Shown one piece after another: positions 58,839-64,000 of a stretch of 64,000 bases of DNA. The notes under the pieces were generated by a model. That model had not been told where the DNA came from. It did no database searches and saw only the letters and a list, made by a program, of their open reading frames with translations. The stretch comes from Dictyostelium discoideum. Lineage: Eukaryota. Within the stretch, counting starts at the first letter, position 1, and every line of letters begins with the position of its first letter. The stretch is from assembly GCA_000004695.1 (NCBI GenBank), contig CM000152.2, forward strand, positions 5,920,001-5,984,000, read 5' to 3'. The translations under genes and the position numbers were made by a program.

Positions 58839-59513
58839 TTATTCAAGAATGATTTCATTAATTATTAATTGAGCAGGATTATTACCACTTTTAATATAAC
58901 CAAATGTATAATTTGACATTGAATTAATTGTTTGTTGATATTGTGGTAAAATTAAAATATTTTCTTTTGAATCAGAGATAACCATATTCCAAAGTGATTT
59001 ATCATCACGTAATGATAATGATTCATCATAACCAATGTAAATTTGTTTAATATTTCTATCAGAACCATTTTCAATTGTGATATCGAATTGAGTGAAATTA
59101 TCCCATGAATTTACAAGTGTTGGTAATAATTTAATTTTTAATGATTCTCTTGGAACACAATTTGAATTTGTTGACGAGGTGGTTGAATTATTCTTTTTAT
59201 GGCATTCACAATCACAATTACAATTACAATTATCATCTGATTTTTTATCTTTACCATCACTACCACTACCTAATGTCTTTAAACAAACTTCAATTTCTAA
59301 TTTACATGATTCATTTTCAGTGCATGTATAATTTGTATATGTAGTGTTATTATCATTGTTTATAGTTGAGGAATCTAATGAGGTTTCTGTTGTTGAATCA
59401 AGAGAGGAAGATAGTGTATTATTTTCTTTTGATGATTCAATTGAACTACCACTACTGACATTGTTTAATGTTAATAATAAACAAAGAATTAAAATGAATT
59501 TTAAAATTTTCAT
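58839..59513 (-). CDS. secreted Ser/Thr-rich protein with Cys-rich spacer (CNCNCDCEC) and ~110-aa C-terminal globular domain
   Basis: Signal peptide MKILKFILILCLLLTLNNVSS. S/T/N-rich linker. Then CVPRESLKIKLLPTLVNSWDNFTQFDITIENGS...YTFGYIKSGNNPAQLIINEIILE. The domain family was not identified from sequence alone; a carbohydrate-binding role is a guess. Confidence 0.7.
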   Translation of the reverse strand: MKILKFILILCLLLTLNNVSSGSSIESSKENNTLSSSLDSTTETSLDSSTINNDNNTTYTNYTCTENESCKLEIEVCLKTLGSGSDGKDKKSDDNCNCNCDCECHKKNNSTTSSTNSNCVPRESLKIKLLPTLVNSWDNFTQFDITIENGSDRNIKQIYIGYDESLSLRDDKSLWNMVISDSKENILILPQYQQTINSMSNYTFGYIKSGNNPAQLIINEIILE

Positions 59514-59879
59514 TTTATAATTTTTTTTTTTTTTTTTTTTAATTTTTTATATTATAAAAATATATATTTAGTTTGGACATTTAAAACAATAACTTTTGTT
59601 GGAAAAAAATTGAAAAAAAAAAACCTTTTTATAGTAAAAAAAAAAAAAAAGAAAGAAAAAAAAAAGGTTAAAAAACCAATTTAATTTCAATATTTAATAA
59701 GTGACGATTGGTGTCGAATTTATGGCATAAATGAAAAATAATTATTAAAACCAATTTTAAAAAATTATTTTGTCCTTTAATGGTCTAAATATGAATAGAT
59801 GAAAATTTTTTTATTTTTTTAATATTTTTTTTTATTTTATTTTTTATCCTTTTTTATAAAATTATTTTTTGTTTTATTT

Positions 59880-59940
<61 letters not shown>

Positions 59941-60058
59941 CATAATGGTTTAATAAATAATTACTAATAAAATTCAAATTTTTATTTTATATTAATAATT
60001 AAAAATGAATATAAAAAACATGTTTTTTTTTTTTTTTTTAATAATTATTTTATTTATA

Positions 60059-61149
60059 TTATTTTTTTGAGAGTATTAATAATTGTGGTTGTGTAACATT
60101 ATTAATTGAATCAATTTTAAAATCAGATTTATCACATAATTGTTTCCAATCATTTAAAGATCTTTCTCTTGAATTAAAAAAATGGAAAACAGTTACATCT
60201 AAAAATAATGACAATTTTCTATAATCATTTGGATCAATGATTTCATCAAAAATAAAAATTTTACTATTTTCTTTCATTGATTTTGAAATTGTTTTTAAAA
60301 TTTCTAAACATTTTTCATCATCCCAATCATGTAATATATTTTTTAAAACATAACAATCTGCACTTGGCACTGATTCGAAAAAACTACCTGAAACATATTC
60401 AATTCTTGGATGTTTAATTTTTTCAATAGATGAATTAATTACAGTCTCTAAATCGAAAACAATTCCATTTAAATTTTCATATTTTTTTACTAATTCACCA
60501 ACAATTCTAAAAAAAAGAAAAAAAAAAAAAATTAATTTCAAATTTATTAAATATTATATTAATTATTTAATGATTACCTTCCGTGTGAACCACCAACATC
60601 AACTACAGTATTAAATGAACTGAAATCAGTATTTTTAATAATTGTTGGTATTGATAAATTTGAAAATTCTCTCATTTCTTGATTAAAAGAATATTTAAAG
60701 TGTTCATTTGTTTTGACAATATCCCAAAAATCATCGAATCCAAATGAAGATGGTCCCAAATTTTTATTTTGTTCAAAAGATTCAGGAATTGTTGAATACA
60801 ATTTAAAATAATCATTTGATGAAAAAAAAGTACATAGATTATAAATACCACCACTTTTTATTAATTTTTTACTTTTATTGGTTATTGAAAATATTTCATT
60901 ATTCTCTTCAAATAAACCATATGGTACAAAGTATCTTAATAATCTATAACATGAAAATTCATTAAAATTTATTATTTTTGCAATTTCTTTATAATGTTTT
61001 GGAGATTCATTGATCATATCAAAAATTGAATTATTCATTAAAATATTAAATAATTTACTTGTTAAATGACCCATTCCAAATGTCATTACTAAATCCCATG
61101 ATTCATTCCAATTTTCCAAACTTTCTTTATTTAAATCATTTGATTCCAT
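60059..61149 (-). CDS. SAM-dependent O-methyltransferase (plant COMT-like family 2), 2 exons: 61149..60578 and 60506..60059 (339 aa)
   Basis: SAM-binding motif VVDVGGSHGR|IVGELVKKY spans the intron (gga ag|gtaatc...ttttag|a). LKNILHDWDDEKCLEIL is the characteristic OMT motif. The N-terminal dimerisation-domain-like region is present. Confidence 0.85.
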
Positions 61150-61777
61150 TTTTTTTTTTAGTATAAAATTAATTTTTTTAATATTAATTTTATTTTTTAA
61201 TATTCTTTTTCCTAATGTTTATAAATTATAATTTTTAATTTTGTTTTGATTTTTTTTTTAATATTTAAAATGTAATTAATTTAATTAAAAAAAAATAAAA
61301 AAAAAAATAAAAAAAAAAAAAAAAGTCATTTTTGTATTTTAATTTATTTTTTTTGTTTTTTTTTTTTTTGTTTTTTTTATTGGTGGGGTGATAACTTTAA
61401 CGCTTCAATTTAATTTTCCTTATAGATAAAAGGAATTGAAAAATTATTTTATAAAATAATAAAATATATAAATTAAATTAAGATATTGTTAAATAAATAG
61501 AATTAAATTAATAAAATAATTATATATTTTTAAATAAATTAAATAAAAAATAGACTAAATTTAAATAAAGTCCTAGCATTTTTGTTTAATTGAATGATAA
61601 CCCTTCTAAACTATCCAATTCCTTTTGGCTATCAGAAAATTTCCAGATTTTTAACTTTTCATTTTAAAAATAACAAACCTTTTTTTTTTCAATTGGATTA
61701 AAAAATAACTTTTTTTTTTGAATTGGATTAAAAAATAACTAACTTGTATTTCTAAAAAAAATGGAAATTGCAAAAAT

Positions 61778-61849
61778 GGCTCCTTAGCATAGTGGTATTG
61801 CGCTTCCCTAGTAAGGAAGAGGTCATGAGTTCGATCCTCATAGGAGCCT
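61778..61849 (+). tRNA. tRNA-Thr (anticodon AGU), 72 nt
   Basis: Hand-folded: acceptor GGCTCCT/AGGAGCC + T, anticodon stem CTTCC/GGAAG with loop CTAGTAA, T-arm ATGAG-TTCGATC-CTCAT. Confidence 0.85.
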
Positions 61850-61877
61850 TTTAAAATAATCCACGACAATGGTTGCT

Positions 61878-61888
61878 TGTTCGACTCC
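61878..61888 (+). promoter_or_regulatory. extra B box (TGTTCGACTCC) about 30 bp downstream of tRNA-Thr
   Basis: Matches GGTTCGANTCC at 10 of 11 positions, at the same relative position as the tRNA-Leu extra B box. Confidence 0.45.
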
Positions 61889-62779
61889 TTGTGATTTTAA
61901 CTTAAAAAAAATGTTTATATATTCTCCAAGACCAAGGATGCCCACGAATTAACGGTTCCAAATTTGAGAAAGCTCTCCTCAAATATGCAATCCTAACAAA
62001 AATATTCAATAACATTGTCCTAAAATTAAAGAACCCATACAAAGACAACAGATTTCACCTAAGTGTTTACCTTTTAACTATATCCATAATAAACAATGTT
62101 GTACTCTTTGCAATGAAAATCTAGAAATGGTTAGAATATTGCAAATCTTAAATTCCACAAAGAATATTTTGAATGGGAATATAAATGTGTAATCAATTTA
62201 ATTTTTATTATTTGTTTATTTCTTTTTTATTTTAAAATTTTTTATTTTTTATTTTTTTATTTTTGTAAACCTAAATAATTAAATAAAAGATTGGCCAAAA
62301 AACCTATACCAATTTTTTTTTATATAATATGTTTTATATTTTTTATTTATATTTTTTTTTTAGATCTTGAGAAATAAGATGTTTATTAAGGTTTTTTAAA
62401 AAAATCGGTGTCGAATTTATGTCAAAAACTAAAATTAGCAATACTTCAGAAAAATAATATTATAAAAAAAAAAAAAATAATAAAAACATATTCTTATTCA
62501 TTTATAATTTCTCTACTAATTTACCAACAATTTTGAAAAAAATAATAATAATATTTTTATTTTTAATATTTACAATATAATAATAATTAAAATAAAAAGA
62601 TAAAAAATCAAGGATATTATGGCCCTTTTAAAAAAATAAAATAAATAGAATTTTAATATTCTTTTTTGATTTAGATATTAATATTGTTTCTTTGAAATAT
62701 TAAAATATAATTTTTTTTTTTTTTTAAATGATAATTTTTAAAAAAAAATAAAATTTCATTTCAAAAACAATTTTTTTTT

Positions 62780-62908
62780 GGAGGGCAACGGGATATCGGT
62801 TACTTCGTTAAATTCTTAATTTGTAGGTTATTAGATCGACACTAATTTATGGTATCACCATAATGGCCCAATTGGTAGGGCGACAAATACACTCTCCGAT
62901 TCTGCAAC

Positions 62909-62958
<50 letters not shown>
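62780..62958 (+). ncRNA. candidate Pol III-type small RNA: ~130-nt GC-rich island ending in CCCC followed by a ~47-nt T run
   Basis: GGAGGGCAACGGGATATCGG...GGCCCAATTGGTAGGGCGACAAATACACTCTCCGATTCTGCAACCCC then T47. It contains a tRNA-like D-arm (GCCC-AATTGGTA-GGGC) but does not fold as a tRNA by hand. No homologue recognised. Confidence 0.2.
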
Positions 62959-62959
<1 letters not shown>

Positions 62960-63137
62960 AATTCTCATCCGAACCTCGTATTTCGGACACACAAAGAGAT
63001 TAAACTTCAGCAAAGCGCTTCAAAGACCAATAATTAAAGTGGATCATAAGCACACAACAAAACAGATGAGGTCAATATCAAAAAAAAAAAAAAAGAAAAA
63101 AAATTAAAATTAATTAAAATTTATTTATTTATTTATG

Positions 63138-63794
63138 TTAATGTTTTGCTAATCTATCAGATATTGTATATTTTCTATCAGTATCTTGAGTATCGAAACC
63201 ATCCTCAGCCAAATATTCCCAACGAGAAGAAGGAAAGATATGTTTATTTCTTTCATACCAAGAGGATTCCACCATTTTAGCGGCATGAGATTCCTCCTTT
63301 TCGACGGTAGCATCATTAACCAATCTAACATCCTCATGAACATCGAATCTGAATAACGGGCCACTCTTACCTCTTGCCTTTGACAACATTAAATCATAGA
63401 ATGAATAATTGTGTGGTATTATAATATCCTCCTTTATAAACATTAATTTATCGACACTGACACCTCTCAACTCTTTGAATTCCTTTCTGGCATTCTCTAA
63501 AAACCTCTCGATCGTAGTTCCTTTTGAACATTTCATTGAACGTCTATGACCTGACCCATCCCAAAAACTGTATGTAATTTCAAATTCCTCTGATTTAATT
63601 CTCTCTTGTTGATCTAACCATTCCTTTGCTAATTTCTCTCTTTCCAATTTCTCTAATTCTTCTCTTTCAATGTCTGGTAAAAAATCGGTATTTACACTTG
63701 GATCTTTACCAAAATATTTAATTTTATTATTATTATTATTATTTACATTATCTTCGTCATTTTCTTTATCATTTTTATTTTCTTCATTATTTTC

Positions 63795-63825
<31 letters not shown>

Positions 63826-64000
63826 TTATTTTCACCATCACCATCACCATCATCATCTAATTCAAATGATAATTTACTTTTTTGAGTAATTTTTAATTTT
63901 TTATTTACAATTGATTTCTTTTTAATTTCTTTTTCAGTTTGTCGTTTGTTATTTATATTTTTAGAATCATTTAAATTATTTTGAGATTTTATATTATTAT
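63138..64000 (-). CDS. XAP5/FAM50 family protein, 3' part (N-terminus lies beyond the window end)
   Basis: C-terminal domain matches FAM50A from memory: [85 protein letters not shown]. The same frame is open, without any start codon, from 63647 to the window edge (...[34 protein letters not shown]). The track start at 63647 is therefore a TTG artefact. Confidence 0.85.

Noticed and set aside
61651-61869. 72-aa minus ORF overlapping tRNA-Thr
   Set aside because: It overlaps a well-folded tRNA gene and its extra B box. There is no coding signal.
62855-62900. tRNA-like D-arm (GCCC-AATTGGTA-GGGC) suggesting a tRNA gene
   Set aside because: The downstream sequence cannot form an anticodon stem or T-arm, so it is not a tRNA. 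It is kept only as part of the candidate small-RNA island.

Overview
This is an extremely AT-rich nuclear window from a Dictyostelium-type social amoeba, assigned from sequence features alone. Coding sequence is full of poly-N/Q/S/T tracts ((AAT)n, (CAA)n). Introns are short and AT-rich with GTAAGT/GTATGT...AG boundaries. tRNA genes carry downstream extra B boxes and are flanked by remnants of non-LTR retroelements (TRE5/TRE3-like). About 20 protein-coding genes are supported. From start to end they are: a single-exon 3017-aa ORF fusing a CLU/TIF31-like N-terminal third, F-box-like/LRR repeats, a UBC (E2) domain and a C-terminal CCCH finger; two tandem beta-lactamase-like genes; a 3-exon purple acid phosphatase; a tRNA-Leu(AAG)/tRNA-Val(AAC) pair embedded in retroelement debris; a Pmp-repeat membrane protein; a FNIP-repeat protein; a previously unlisted 4-exon gene for a 6-TM protein; SF3B3; WDR55; an RCC1+TBC (RabGAP) protein; a large protein of unknown function, over 1139 aa; a PLD3-like HKD phospholipase; a WDR45B/WIPI3 orthologue; a small RGS protein; a possible tiny CAAX-box gene; a plant-type O-methyltransferase; tRNA-Thr(AGU); and the 3' part of an XAP5/FAM50 orthologue that runs off the window. 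No rRNA or CRISPR array is present. The supplied ORF track accepts TTG as a start codon, so several of its 'M' starts (44381, 23202, 63647, 10270/11709, 12394) are artefacts; true starts were re-derived from ATG and splice logic. All splice junctions given were worked out by hand from phase continuity and agreement with paralogues or orthologues.
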